From a bacterium (GTDB lineage: Bacteria > SAR324 > NAC60-12): 64,000 nucleotides of DNA. Under the pieces are notes generated by a model that saw nothing but the letters and a program-made list of their open reading frames with translations, was not told where the DNA came from and made no database searches. A program made the position numbers and the translations under genes. Shown here one piece after another: positions 1 to 10,242 of this stretch (within the stretch, counting starts at the first letter, position 1; every line of letters starts with the position of its first letter). Location of the stretch: positions 1,632,001 through 1,696,000 of the forward strand of contig OZ242383.1 of the NCBI GenBank assembly GCA_965209155.1. Reading direction: 5' to 3'.

Positions 1-1226
<1,226 letters not shown>

Positions 1227-1244
1227 TTACAACAACAAAAAAAC

Positions 1245-1284
1245 AAAAAAAAAGCCGTGAACTTGGATGCCCACGGCTTTTTTT
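1245..1284 (-). terminator. Intrinsic terminator (attenuator) upstream of leuA
   Basis: Stem AAAGCCGTG (1251-1259) / CACGGCTTT (1272-1280), followed on the minus strand by a long U tract. Confidence 0.85.
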
Positions 1285-1336
1285 GTGGGCCCAACGCCCA
1301 CAATTCATAAAATATAAAAAAATTGCTGGCAGTCGG

Positions 1337-1393
1337 TTATCCGATGGATCTCAAGAGTAATAAAGATAATAAAGCCAGCAAATTCAAAGACAT
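1337..1393 (-). CDS. leu operon leader peptide MSLNLLALLSLLLLRSIG
   Basis: 18-codon ORF with 9 Leu codons directly upstream of alternative hairpins, the terminator and leuA. Confidence 0.85.
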   Translation of the reverse strand: MSLNLLALLSLLLLRSIG

Positions 1394-1542
1394 AGAAAAA
1401 ATTAAGTTTGGATGTCTAATGTATATTTTTCATATTTTATTCAAAGTTTAGCACTAGATTAATGCATACCAAATAAAAAATCAAACAATTTTTTCAAATT
1501 TTTCAAGGATGTTGTCACGGTAACCATTTTCTAACTATGAAC

Positions 1543-1560
1543 GTAACTATTCAGGTATCT
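1543..1560 (+). repeat. Isolated left terminus of the GTAACTATTCAGG element family
   Basis: GTAACTATTCAGGTATCT is identical to the left ends at 37284 and 56718. Confidence 0.7.
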
Positions 1561-1599
1561 GATTCTGACCGCAGGGAAGAAGTCAGGTTGATTGCCTGG

Positions 1600-1887
1600 T
1601 TAGGCAGTTGCCAATTTTTCCACTTCATCTAAATTAACACGTTGTCTGGCCTGCCATAGATTATAATTACCATGCATGATTAACCAGCTTTCGGGTGAAC
1701 GACCTAGTGTTTTAGATAACTTCAATGCCATTTCTGAGCTGATATTGCTTTGGCCTTTAATCAGTCGATTGAATGTAGAGGGAGAGAGATTTAGTTTTGA
1801 AGCAACCATACGATAACTGACTCCTAAAGGCACAAGATAAACTTCACGAATAAACTCACCTGGATGGGGGGGATTGTACATGCTCAT
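1600..1887 (-). CDS. higA: HigA-family antitoxin (HTH addiction module antidote)
   Basis: MSMYNPPHPGEFIRE...ISSEMALKLSKTLGRSPESWL..NYNLWQAR; start taken at the ATG at 1887. Confidence 0.9.
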   Translation of the reverse strand: MSMYNPPHPGEFIREVYLVPLGVSYRMVASKLNLSPSTFNRLIKGQSNISSEMALKLSKTLGRSPESWLIMHGNYNLWQARQRVNLDEVEKLATA

Positions 1888-2054
1888 TAGTGATAATCCT
1901 CGTCTTAGCGGAGTGGAAAGGAGGAGCAAGAATGGGGTATAACGTCTGGAAATTGGGTACTCATAATAAGGTAAAATAAATTATTATTGACCCGATTTCC
2001 ATTTTCACTGATGGTGCCCAAAGTCTCTGACATGGTTTTCCTCCTCCAATGTTT

Positions 2055-2504
2055 TCATTGGGCACCATTTTCAGCTTGATGGCTTCTAAGCTCTTTCAAG
2101 AAATCAACAGGACTACAAAACTTGAAAGAATGATATTGTTGCACTTCAAATAAATCGGAGTCGTAGGTGACAAGGTGAGTTGCTTTGCCATTCTCAGCAC
2201 ATAATACAAAGGCTATATCATCAGGATCATCAGGATAGTGCTCTTTAGGAAAGTGGTAGTATTCAATATAAATATGATCTGCTTTTTTTCTCAGGTTGAT
2301 AATAAATTGACGAATCGCTGTTCTTGGCAATCCTATTGCCAAGAGTTTTTCAACATATTCGAGCAATGTATCCGTTGAATAAAGGCATTGAAATTCTTTT
2401 TTGATCCACCGATCTATTAACTCACGGTTCGGACTGGCAGGGTTGTTGCTTTGTGCGGAGATAATTACGTTCGTATCAAAAACTACACGGAAGGTAGAGT
2501 TCAT
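2055..2504 (-). CDS. PIN-domain toxin (putative TA toxin component)
   Basis: VVFDTNVIISA...DDPDDIAFVLCA...LVTYDSDL, the PIN acidic motifs. Confidence 0.88.
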   Translation of the reverse strand: MNSTFRVVFDTNVIISAQSNNPASPNRELIDRWIKKEFQCLYSTDTLLEYVEKLLAIGLPRTAIRQFIINLRKKADHIYIEYYHFPKEHYPDDPDDIAFVLCAENGKATHLVTYDSDLFEVQQYHSFKFCSPVDFLKELRSHQAENGAQ

Positions 2505-2821
2505 TTCAAAGAGTTTATCTGTTTACCAATTTGATCTTGTAGTTCTAAAAACTCTATTCCCGCTTCCTCTTCTGTAAATCCTTCAGCATTCCTTCGTTTC
2601 AACTCTTCCTCAGCCTCTTCTAAAATAGTAATTGCTTCGGGGTGATATTTTTTTTTGAAGACTCGAATATTTTCACCATCTTCACGTTTCAGTACGACTG
2701 ACACATACTTTTGAGACAGTGCATCCAAAATCATTTCCGGATGTGCTTTGAGTTCTTCCAAAGAAATTTCTTGTACTTCTTGCATATCTTTTTCCCGTTG
2801 TTCCAAAGTATGCTGTGCCAT
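2501..2821 (-). CDS. Hypothetical acidic protein, probable antitoxin of the PIN toxin
   Basis: 106 aa, Glu-rich, 4-bp overlap with the downstream PIN gene. Confidence 0.6.
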   Translation of the reverse strand: MAQHTLEQREKDMQEVQEISLEELKAHPEMILDALSQKYVSVVLKREDGENIRVFKKKYHPEAITILEEAEEELKRRNAEGFTEEEAGIEFLELQDQIGKQINSLK

Positions 2822-2974
2822 GATGAATTGGTTATATGCTTGGATTCAAGTTTACAGGAATATCCACGCTTATGCAAATCATCTTATTTTTCTACCAGAG
2901 CGATTTCATAATATGAGGCCTATTCAAAAGGGGTAGAAAGGTTTAGACTCCCTTCATTTTAATACCCTCAGAAT

Positions 2975-3289
2975 GATTGGGTTTATCACGAATTGAAAAC
3001 TTACAATCACTATGCAGAAGCCTTTGCTGATCTCTCTTACTGGCGCTTAGCCAGTGGCATCGAAGTGGATTTTATCTTCAATGACTTTTGGTTGGCGCTT
3101 GAGGCAAAAGCCACCCAAAACGTCAAACCCTCCCACCTCAAGGGGTTGAAAGCAATCGCAGAGGAAATCCCGTGTCAACAACGGGCGCTCGTTTGTTTGG
3201 AAGAGCACAAACGCGAAACGCAGGAGGGAATCTTGATTCTGCCATACCAAGATTTCATTCAAGAACTGTGGGAGGGGATTTATTTTTAA
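2975..3289 (+). pseudogene. C-terminal fragment of an AAA ATPase/DUF4143 protein
   Basis: DWVYHELKTYNHY...LSYWRLASGIEVDFI...ALEAKA matches the DUF4143 tail; no ATPase domain upstream. Confidence 0.75.
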
Positions 3290-3327
3290 TAGGTGAGATT
3301 CCGCTTGCGTCCCATTTGCTTACTATT

Positions 3328-3573
3328 TATTCGTTTGATCAAGATGACCCAGCTCCTGAAAATTCAGAGGAAATGCTATCTATTTGCTATCGCAATCAGA
3401 CTCGATTTCAGTAAGCAACTAAACATCTCATCTCTCCAGGATTCGGCTATCCACCAGACAAACAATTCCGTTGACGGATTGCATACTATTTACTTATGAT
3501 ATATTCGCATGATCAATACGATCCAGCTCCTGAAATTTCAGAGGAATTGCTATCTATTTGCTATCGCAATCAG
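3328..3573 (+). repeat. Two ~72-bp direct repeats (3328-3399 and 3502-3573), each containing TGCTATC-tatt-TGCTATC
   Basis: Direct alignment with a 174-bp offset. Confidence 0.9.
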
Positions 3574-3582
3574 GCCAGAGTC

Positions 3583-6500
3583 ATGAAAGACAAAATTACT
3601 AAACAGGCTGTCGAGTCCCTCAAGCCTGGGGCTAAAGACTGCATAATGTGGGACACGGAGTTGCCGATGTTCGGCTGTAAAATAACTCCCAAGGGCAGAC
3701 GAGTCTACCTCTTGCAGTACCGCATCGAGGGACGTTCGAGGCGCTATACCATTGGTATTCATGGGTCATTGACCACCAGGGAGGCCCGAAAAATCGCTAA
3801 AAAGCTGCTGCATGATATTGCCCTGAATCGCGATCCGGCGGATGCGAAGAAGAATAAAGGAGATCAAGAAGAGGGTAAGATTCAAAACCGTTCTCAAGAC
3901 CGCAAGCAGCAGGTTGTTAAATTCAAAACTCCTCACATCCGTGGAAATCCGCGGAAATCTGCGGCCAAAGCAAATAAAGCATCTCCTGGACCTCTAAAAC
4001 CGGTTGTGAGCAAAACGAAGTCCGTTCCCAGTCTGGAAAAACCAGAGATTCCAGGTTATTCGCTGGAGGAGGTCATTTTTGAAAGCAGTCGGACCAGGCT
4101 TTGGCGCGGCAGGCGGCAAAGCGATGGGCTTTCGGTCCTGATCAAGGGATCGGCTTCCCCTCAGCAGAGCGCGCAGGAGCTGGCGGAAATACGGCATGAG
4201 CATGAGATCACCCGGGCTCTGGAAATCGATGGGGTCCTCAGGGCAGAGGAACTGGTGCAATGTGAAAACGGATGGGCTTTGATCCTGGAAAACACGGAAG
4301 GACTCCCTTTGAGAAAGCTGATGGATACCACCCGGCTCGACTTGCTGGACTCGCTGAAGGTAGCGCTTTCTCTGACCGGTATTCTGAAAGAAGTGCACCG
4401 GCAGGGCATCTTGCATAAAATGATCAACCCGTTCAATATTTTTGTCGATCCGGCAACGGGAACGGTCAAACTGACCGGCTTCGGCCTGGCCACGCGGCTT
4501 CCCCGGGAAAATTCGACGACGTTGAGTCCCCAGCTTAGCGGGGAAACCCTGCCCTATATCTCTCCTGAGCAGACCGGTCGGATGAACCGCCCCCTCGATT
4601 ATCGCAGTGATTTTTATTCCCTGGGGGCCACCCTTTACGAACTTTTCAGCGGGAGAGTGCCTTTCCACTCCCGGGAGGTCATGGAAATCATCCACGCTCA
4701 CATTGCCCGGCAGCCCGTACCCCTGGACAAAATTACGCCGCAAGTACCCGGAGTCCTTTCCCGCCTGGTGATGAAACTGGTGGCCAAGCGTGCCGAGGCG
4801 CGCTACCAGAGTCATTCGGGACTAGCTGCCGATCTGCTGGCAAGTCTGGAGCAACTGGAAAACCAGGGGAGCCTGATCGACTTTCCCCTGGCTCGCCAGG
4901 ACGTTCCCAAAGAACTGCAGGTCGCCCCGGGGCTTTACGGCCGGGAGGAAGAAATCACTGCACTGGAGGCCGCCCTGGAGCGAGTCAGCCAGGGAGCGAC
5001 CGAGATGGTGCTGGTCTCGGGAACTGCTGGTGTCGGCAAAACCGCCCTGGTCGGTGAAATTTACCGGTCCGTTGCCCAAAAAAACGGATTTTTCATCTCC
5101 GGCAAGTTTGACCAACTCCGGCACAATATTCCCTACAGCGCGCTGATCCAAGCGCTGCGGGGACTCATCCGGGAGGTATCGGCCGAATGCAAGTCCGGAA
5201 TGGAGCGTTGGAAAAGCAGGACACGGGCTGCCCTGGGGTCCAACGGACAACTGGTGACCCGGGTGATCCCGGAACTGGAGCAGGTGATTGGCCCGCAACC
5301 CCCGCTGCCGGAAATGGGAGCGCTGGAGTCCCGCAACCGCTTCACTTCCGTTTTACTGGATTTCATCTCTGTTTTCTGTGAAAAAACCCATCCCCTGATT
5401 ATTTTTCTGGACGACTTGCAGTGGGTGGACGCTGATACTCTCAAGCTGGTGGAACGCATCGCTCAGCATCCCGAAAGGAAACCTCTGCTTTTCCTGGGAG
5501 CCTATCGCGACAACGAGGTGGATGCCGATCACCGGCTGATGATCAGTCGTGAGGTGATCAAAAAAACTGGCCAGCCGCTGCAAACGATCCCCTTAAAGCC
5601 CCTGAAACGGGAACACATTTCACATCTGCTCGTCCATACCTGCCACTGCCGTGCTGAGGAGGCCAAACCACTGGCCGAGGTCCTGGTACGAAAAACCGGC
5701 GGCAATCCTTTCTTTGTGTGCCAGTTTTTGACCGTACTCTCCGAAAAGGAACTGATCGGTTACTCCCCTGAGGAAAAACGATGGACCTGGGACCTGGCTG
5801 CCATCGAATTCCTGGCGGTGACCGAGAATGTGGTGGATTTGCTGATTGACCAGCTCCATGGTTTTTCCTCTGAAACCAGGCGACTCTTATGCCTGGCGGC
5901 CTGCATCGGCAATACCTTTGACCTGGAATCGCTGGGACTGATCAGCGGCGCTGGAAGCAGGGAGATATACGACAACCTGTTGCCGGCCCTGGAAAAGGGG
6001 TTGATCACTGGTTTTTCCCGGGCCCCTGAACTGGATGATACGACCACCGGAGCGACCTCGGATCACAGCAGCTTCAAATTCCTGCATGACCGGGTGCAGC
6101 AGGCTGCTTATGCCCTCATTGCCCAAAAGGAGAGAAAGCCGGTCCATCTTCGAATCGGCCAGAGCCTGCTCAAGCAATACGCTCTGGGAAAAAGGGACGC
6201 TCTGCTTTTTGACATCGTCCACCATCTCAACCTGGCCCGGGGGTTGAAGGATAAATGGAAAGACCGATCGCACCTGGCCGAACTCAACCTGAAAGCCGGT
6301 CTTAAGGCCAGAGCGGCTTCGGCTTTTGAACAGGCCCTGGAATATTTTACCATCGGCCTGGACCTTTCAGGAGCCGCCGCCTGGAAACGGCATTATCCCC
6401 TGGCCTTATCCCTGCACGAAGCAGCAACGGAGATGTCATGGCTCTGCGGACGCTTCGAGTTGATGGAGAAGCTGGCGGGTGCCGTAAAAGACAACGCCCG

Positions 6501-9500
6501 AGAGGACCTGGACCTGGCCAATGTTTATCAATGCCAAATCAAGGCGTATACCAACCAGGGTGAATTAAAGAAGGCCATGGAAATGGGCGAGGAAATTCTG
6601 GAGAAATTGGGGTATCAACTCAGCCGTTTGTCTCCCGACCAGTGGCAGCAGACCCTCGTTCAAATCAAATCCAGCCTGGCTGGTAAAAGCGTTGCGGAAG
6701 TGATGCGCTTTGAGCCGCTCACCCAACCGCATGCCAAGGTCCTTATCCATATCCTAGATGAACTCCATCTGCCATATGGCGAGGCTGGGGTTACTTTGGA
6801 TTACGGTCTTTGGCAGCCCATCGCTTCAAAACGCATCTCTTTGCTGCTGAATCATTTTCATCCGAAACATTCACCCGAATTCTATGGTTTTCTTGGAATG
6901 ATATATTGCATTATGCAGGATTTTGAATTTGGTTGGGAACTTGGTCGTCTGGGCATACAGCTCATGGAAACGCTTGATCTGAAGGAAATAAACTGTAGAG
7001 TTTTCAGGGTTTTCAACTGCTCAATCCGGATCTACAGGGAGCCGCTATCTGAGACATTGGATCCCTTGCTGGAAGCTCATCAGATGGGAATCGAGACGGG
7101 AGATTTCACCAGGGCCGGTCGTAACGCCGTCGCAAGATGTCAGATTGCCTTTATGTGCGGGAAAGAGTTGAATTGGCTGAAAGGGGAATTGTCGACGTTG
7201 AAGGCTGCCATCAAGAAGATTAATTGTACTATCGTGTCTCCCCATGTCGAAAACCTGACGGAGGCGATCATGATTCTGATGGATGAACCTTCGACCCTGT
7301 CGACGGTTATCATTGATCAATACGATAGAGTGACGGATGCAGAGTACCGATATGGTGACCAGAACTGTTTTAATTACCAAAAGCTGGTGCTGCAATACCT
7401 GTTCGAAGAATACGAAGCAGTCCGTGATACGGCTTTTGAAATGATCAACCTGATGAAAACCTACAAGTATCCCCTGGTTGATGCCCTGGCCAACTGCTAC
7501 CTCTCCCTCGCTCTCCTGGCAGTTTGCGGTCAGGCGCCTGAGGGGGAAAAGGAGGAGATCCTCACCCAGGTTGATGACAATCAGGAGACGTTGGAGAAAA
7601 TGGCGCGCTGCGCACCGCCCAATTACCGGCACAAGTATCACCTGGTGGAAGCCGAGCGAATGCGGGTTTTGGGAGGCGAAAGCGATGTGATCCTGTCCCA
7701 TTATGATCAGGCCATCGCTTTGGCCAGAGAGAGCGAATTTATCCACGAGGAAGCCCTGGCCGATGAACTGGCAGCCAGGTACTTGCTCAGCCAGGGGCTG
7801 AAAACCCCCGCCCGAACTCACCTGCAGGCGGCATTGGAGAAGTACGAAACCTGGGGGGCTAAACGGAAGGTCGCGCACCTGAAGTCTCGATATCCCGGGT
7901 TGATTGCCGATGATCGTGCTGAAGTGGTGTCTCCTTCGCCCAACCTGGATCTGGCAACAATTCTCAAAGCCTCGGAGGCCATCTCCAGTATCCTCGAATT
8001 GGAACCGCTGCTGGAGTTTCTGCTTGGCATTCTCATGGAAAATGCCGGGGCCCAGACAGCAACCCTGATTCTGGAAACCGAAGGCCGGTCTCTCATCGCT
8101 GCCCGCGGGAGTGCCGAGCAGGTCGAATGTTTTCTACCGCTTTCCCTGCCTGTGGAAAAGGCTTTCTCCCTCTCCCTCTTGATCATCTCCTGGGTGAAAC
8201 AAACCCGGGAGCACCTGGTGTTGGACAACGCATCCCGGGAGGAACGGTTTGTCGAGGATGATTATATCCGGAGGGAACGTCCTAAATCCATCCTGTGCGC
8301 ACCGATCACTTACAAGTCAGCCTTGAGCGGCATCATTTACCTGGAGAATAACCTGGTTGAGGGAGCCTTCACCCCCCGGCGATTCGAGGTGATCAAACAC
8401 CTCACCTCTCAGATCGCCGTCTCTCTGGAAAATGCCAGGCTATACGACAATCTGAAACGGGCAGAGGCGGAATACCGGGGAATTTTTGAAAACGCCGTGG
8501 AAGGCATCTACCGGACGAGCCAGGACGGCCACTTTCTGAGCGCCAATCCAGCGATGGCCCGGTTATTCGGGTACTCTTCCCCAAAAGAGCTGATGGCATC
8601 CATCACCGACGTCGGGCGCCAGCTTTATGTGAATCCAGAGCGGCGTCATCAGTTCCTGGATTTCATCCGGCACCGACGCCCCGTTTCGGATTTTGAGGTG
8701 GAATTTTTTCGCAAAGACGGCAGCACCTTTTGGGCCTCCCTGCACGCCCGCCCCATCTATGACGAGAGCGATGCATTGCGCTTCATCGATGGGATTATTT
8801 CTGACATAACGGAGCAGAAAAACCGGATGGAAGCCCTGCATCAAGAAAATGTCCGCCTGCGCTCCAACATCAAGGAGCGTTATCGCTTTGGAAAGATCAT
8901 CGGCAAAAGCCCCGTGATGCAGGAGATTTATGAATTGATCTTAAAGGCGGCGGCTAGCTATGTTGGCGTCATTGTCTATGGTGAATCAGGGACGGGTAAA
9001 GAACTGGTGGCCGAAGCCATCCATGAGATGAGTGATAGAAAAGAAAAACCCTTTGTTCCCGTCAATGCCGGCGGCGTTGCGGAAACCCTCTTGGAAAGCG
9101 AGTTTTTCGGCTACAAAAAAGGAGCCTTTACCGGAGCCAATGCGGATAAGCGCGGCCTGCTCCAACAGGCAGACAAAGGCACGCTTTTCCTGGATGAATT
9201 GGGCGAAATCGGCCCCAACCTGCAGGCCAAACTGCTGCGTGCTCTTGAAGGCGGAGGGTTCACGCCAGTAGGCGGACTTGAAGTGGAAACCTCCGATTTT
9301 CGCATCATTGCCGCCACCAATAAGGATTTAAAAGAACAGGTGAAAAAGGGATTAATGCGGGAGGATTTCTTTTACCGCATCCATATTATCCCCATTCACT
9401 TGCCGCCCCTCAGGGAACGTAAAGAGGATATCCCCCTTTTGATCGAGCATTTTATGCAAAACCATCCCCCCTCGAAGAACCTGCCCAAAATCACCGTCGC

Positions 9501-9822
9501 TGTCACGGAAGCTCTGCAAGCCTACGATTGGCCGGGCAATGTTCGGGAGCTGCAAAACACCTTGCATCGCTACCTGACCTTCAAAAAACTGGACTTTCTG
9601 GGGGATGGATTACGAAACTCACGGACCTCCCCCAAATCCTCTCCGGATGATGAACCTGCCGGCAATCGAACTTCTCTGCAGGAAATGGAAAGAGACCACA
9701 TTGCCCACCTGCTGGCGCAAAACCAATGGAATAGAACGCGGGTGGCTGCTCTTCTGGGAATCTCCCGCTATACGTTGTTCAGAAAAATCAAGAAATACGA
9801 CTTACAAGTTGCCAAAATGTAG
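3583..9822 (+). CDS. Multidomain sigma54-dependent activator: integrase arm DNA-binding domain, Ser/Thr kinase-like domain, AAA (NTPase), helical repeats, GAF, PAS, sigma54 AAA+ and Fis-type HTH
   Basis: [51 protein letters not shown] (arm domain); [33 protein letters not shown] and [72 protein letters not shown] 3583 preferred over 3496. Confidence 0.92.
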   Translation: MKDKITKQAVESLKPGAKDCIMWDTELPMFGCKITPKGRRVYLLQYRIEGRSRRYTIGIHGSLTTREARKIAKKLLHDIALNRDPADAKKNKGDQEEGKIQNRSQDRKQQVVKFKTPHIRGNPRKSAAKANKASPGPLKPVVSKTKSVPSLEKPEIPGYSLEEVIFESSRTRLWRGRRQSDGLSVLIKGSASPQQSAQELAEIRHEHEITRALEIDGVLRAEELVQCENGWALILENTEGLPLRKLMDTTRLDLLDSLKVALSLTGILKEVHRQGILHKMINPFNIFVDPATGTVKLTGFGLATRLPRENSTTLSPQLSGETLPYISPEQTGRMNRPLDYRSDFYSLGATLYELFSGRVPFHSREVMEIIHAHIARQPVPLDKITPQVPGVLSRLVMKLVAKRAEARYQSHSGLAADLLASLEQLENQGSLIDFPLARQDVPKELQVAPGLYGREEEITALEAALERVSQGATEMVLVSGTAGVGKTALVGEIYRSVAQKNGFFISGKFDQLRHNIPYSALIQALRGLIREVSAECKSGMERWKSRTRAALGSNGQLVTRVIPELEQVIGPQPPLPEMGALESRNRFTSVLLDFISVFCEKTHPLIIFLDDLQWVDADTLKLVERIAQHPERKPLLFLGAYRDNEVDADHRLMISREVIKKTGQPLQTIPLKPLKREHISHLLVHTCHCRAEEAKPLAEVLVRKTGGNPFFVCQFLTVLSEKELIGYSPEEKRWTWDLAAIEFLAVTENVVDLLIDQLHGFSSETRRLLCLAACIGNTFDLESLGLISGAGSREIYDNLLPALEKGLITGFSRAPELDDTTTGATSDHSSFKFLHDRVQQAAYALIAQKERKPVHLRIGQSLLKQYALGKRDALLFDIVHHLNLARGLKDKWKDRSHLAELNLKAGLKARAASAFEQALEYFTIGLDLSGAAAWKRHYPLALSLHEAATEMSWLCGRFELMEKLAGAVKDNAREDLDLANVYQCQIKAYTNQGELKKAMEMGEEILEKLGYQLSRLSPDQWQQTLVQIKSSLAGKSVAEVMRFEPLTQPHAKVLIHILDELHLPYGEAGVTLDYGLWQPIASKRISLLLNHFHPKHSPEFYGFLGMIYCIMQDFEFGWELGRLGIQLMETLDLKEINCRVFRVFNCSIRIYREPLSETLDPLLEAHQMGIETGDFTRAGRNAVARCQIAFMCGKELNWLKGELSTLKAAIKKINCTIVSPHVENLTEAIMILMDEPSTLSTVIIDQYDRVTDAEYRYGDQNCFNYQKLVLQYLFEEYEAVRDTAFEMINLMKTYKYPLVDALANCYLSLALLAVCGQAPEGEKEEILTQVDDNQETLEKMARCAPPNYRHKYHLVEAERMRVLGGESDVILSHYDQAIALARESEFIHEEALADELAARYLLSQGLKTPARTHLQAALEKYETWGAKRKVAHLKSRYPGLIADDRAEVVSPSPNLDLATILKASEAISSILELEPLLEFLLGILMENAGAQTATLILETEGRSLIAARGSAEQVECFLPLSLPVEKAFSLSLLIISWVKQTREHLVLDNASREERFVEDDYIRRERPKSILCAPITYKSALSGIIYLENNLVEGAFTPRRFEVIKHLTSQIAVSLENARLYDNLKRAEAEYRGIFENAVEGIYRTSQDGHFLSANPAMARLFGYSSPKELMASITDVGRQLYVNPERRHQFLDFIRHRRPVSDFEVEFFRKDGSTFWASLHARPIYDESDALRFIDGIISDITEQKNRMEALHQENVRLRSNIKERYRFGKIIGKSPVMQEIYELILKAAASYVGVIVYGESGTGKELVAEAIHEMSDRKEKPFVPVNAGGVAETLLESEFFGYKKGAFTGANADKRGLLQQADKGTLFLDELGEIGPNLQAKLLRALEGGGFTPVGGLEVETSDFRIIAATNKDLKEQVKKGLMREDFFYRIHIIPIHLPPLRERKEDIPLLIEHFMQNHPPSKNLPKITVAVTEALQAYDWPGNVRELQNTLHRYLTFKKLDFLGDGLRNSRTSPKSSPDDEPAGNRTSLQEMERDHIAHLLAQNQWNRTRVAALLGISRYTLFRKIKKYDLQVAKM

Positions 9823-9993
9823 CAATATTTATCCATATCTATTTTACCAATAAAAACAGATGGTTACGAACTGATAACAATCAGGTATGTCACACAACCG
9901 CACATGAGACTCGCCTACACCAACGCCACCCAAGAACCCACTCCCATTCAATTTTCTTTTTGATTTCAGTATATTATCTCCTTTCACATGATT

Positions 9994-10010
9994 TTGGTCC
10001 CTTAGTTGCA
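9994..10010 (+). promoter_or_regulatory. Putative sigma54 (-24/-12) promoter TTGGTCCCTTAGTTGCA
   Basis: GG at 9996-9997 and GC at 10008-10009 with exact N10 spacing, between an EBP gene and the ABC operon. Confidence 0.6.
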
Positions 10011-10242
10011 GAGGGATACTATAAAAAATGAAAAATCGAAGGGAGATATTATCAATCACCTCTTTGGGAGAAGCCTATGGGGAAATAAGTTAAGTGGAGA
10101 CAGTCCGCCAAACGCAGGTGGGATTTTTTAATTTTGTAATGGAGAAAGTAAAATGAATCCGAAAAAAGTATTTTCTTTTTTAATTCCTTCCCTCTCGAGT
10201 GAAGCAGGGGAGAATTTATTGAATCTAAAATGGAGTAATAAA

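Noticed and set aside
3328..3573. Possible CRISPR array from the spaced direct repeats
   Set aside because: Only two units, ~72 bp long with a ~100-bp gap, and no cas genes in the window.
3496..3582. Upstream start of the 2108-aa ORF
   Set aside because: The extra 29 codons are the non-coding repeat itself; the arm domain begins at ATG 3583.
3994..9567. Numerous minus-strand ORFs of up to 277 aa inside the giant activator gene
   Set aside because: Antisense shadows of a well-supported CDS with no recognisable motifs.
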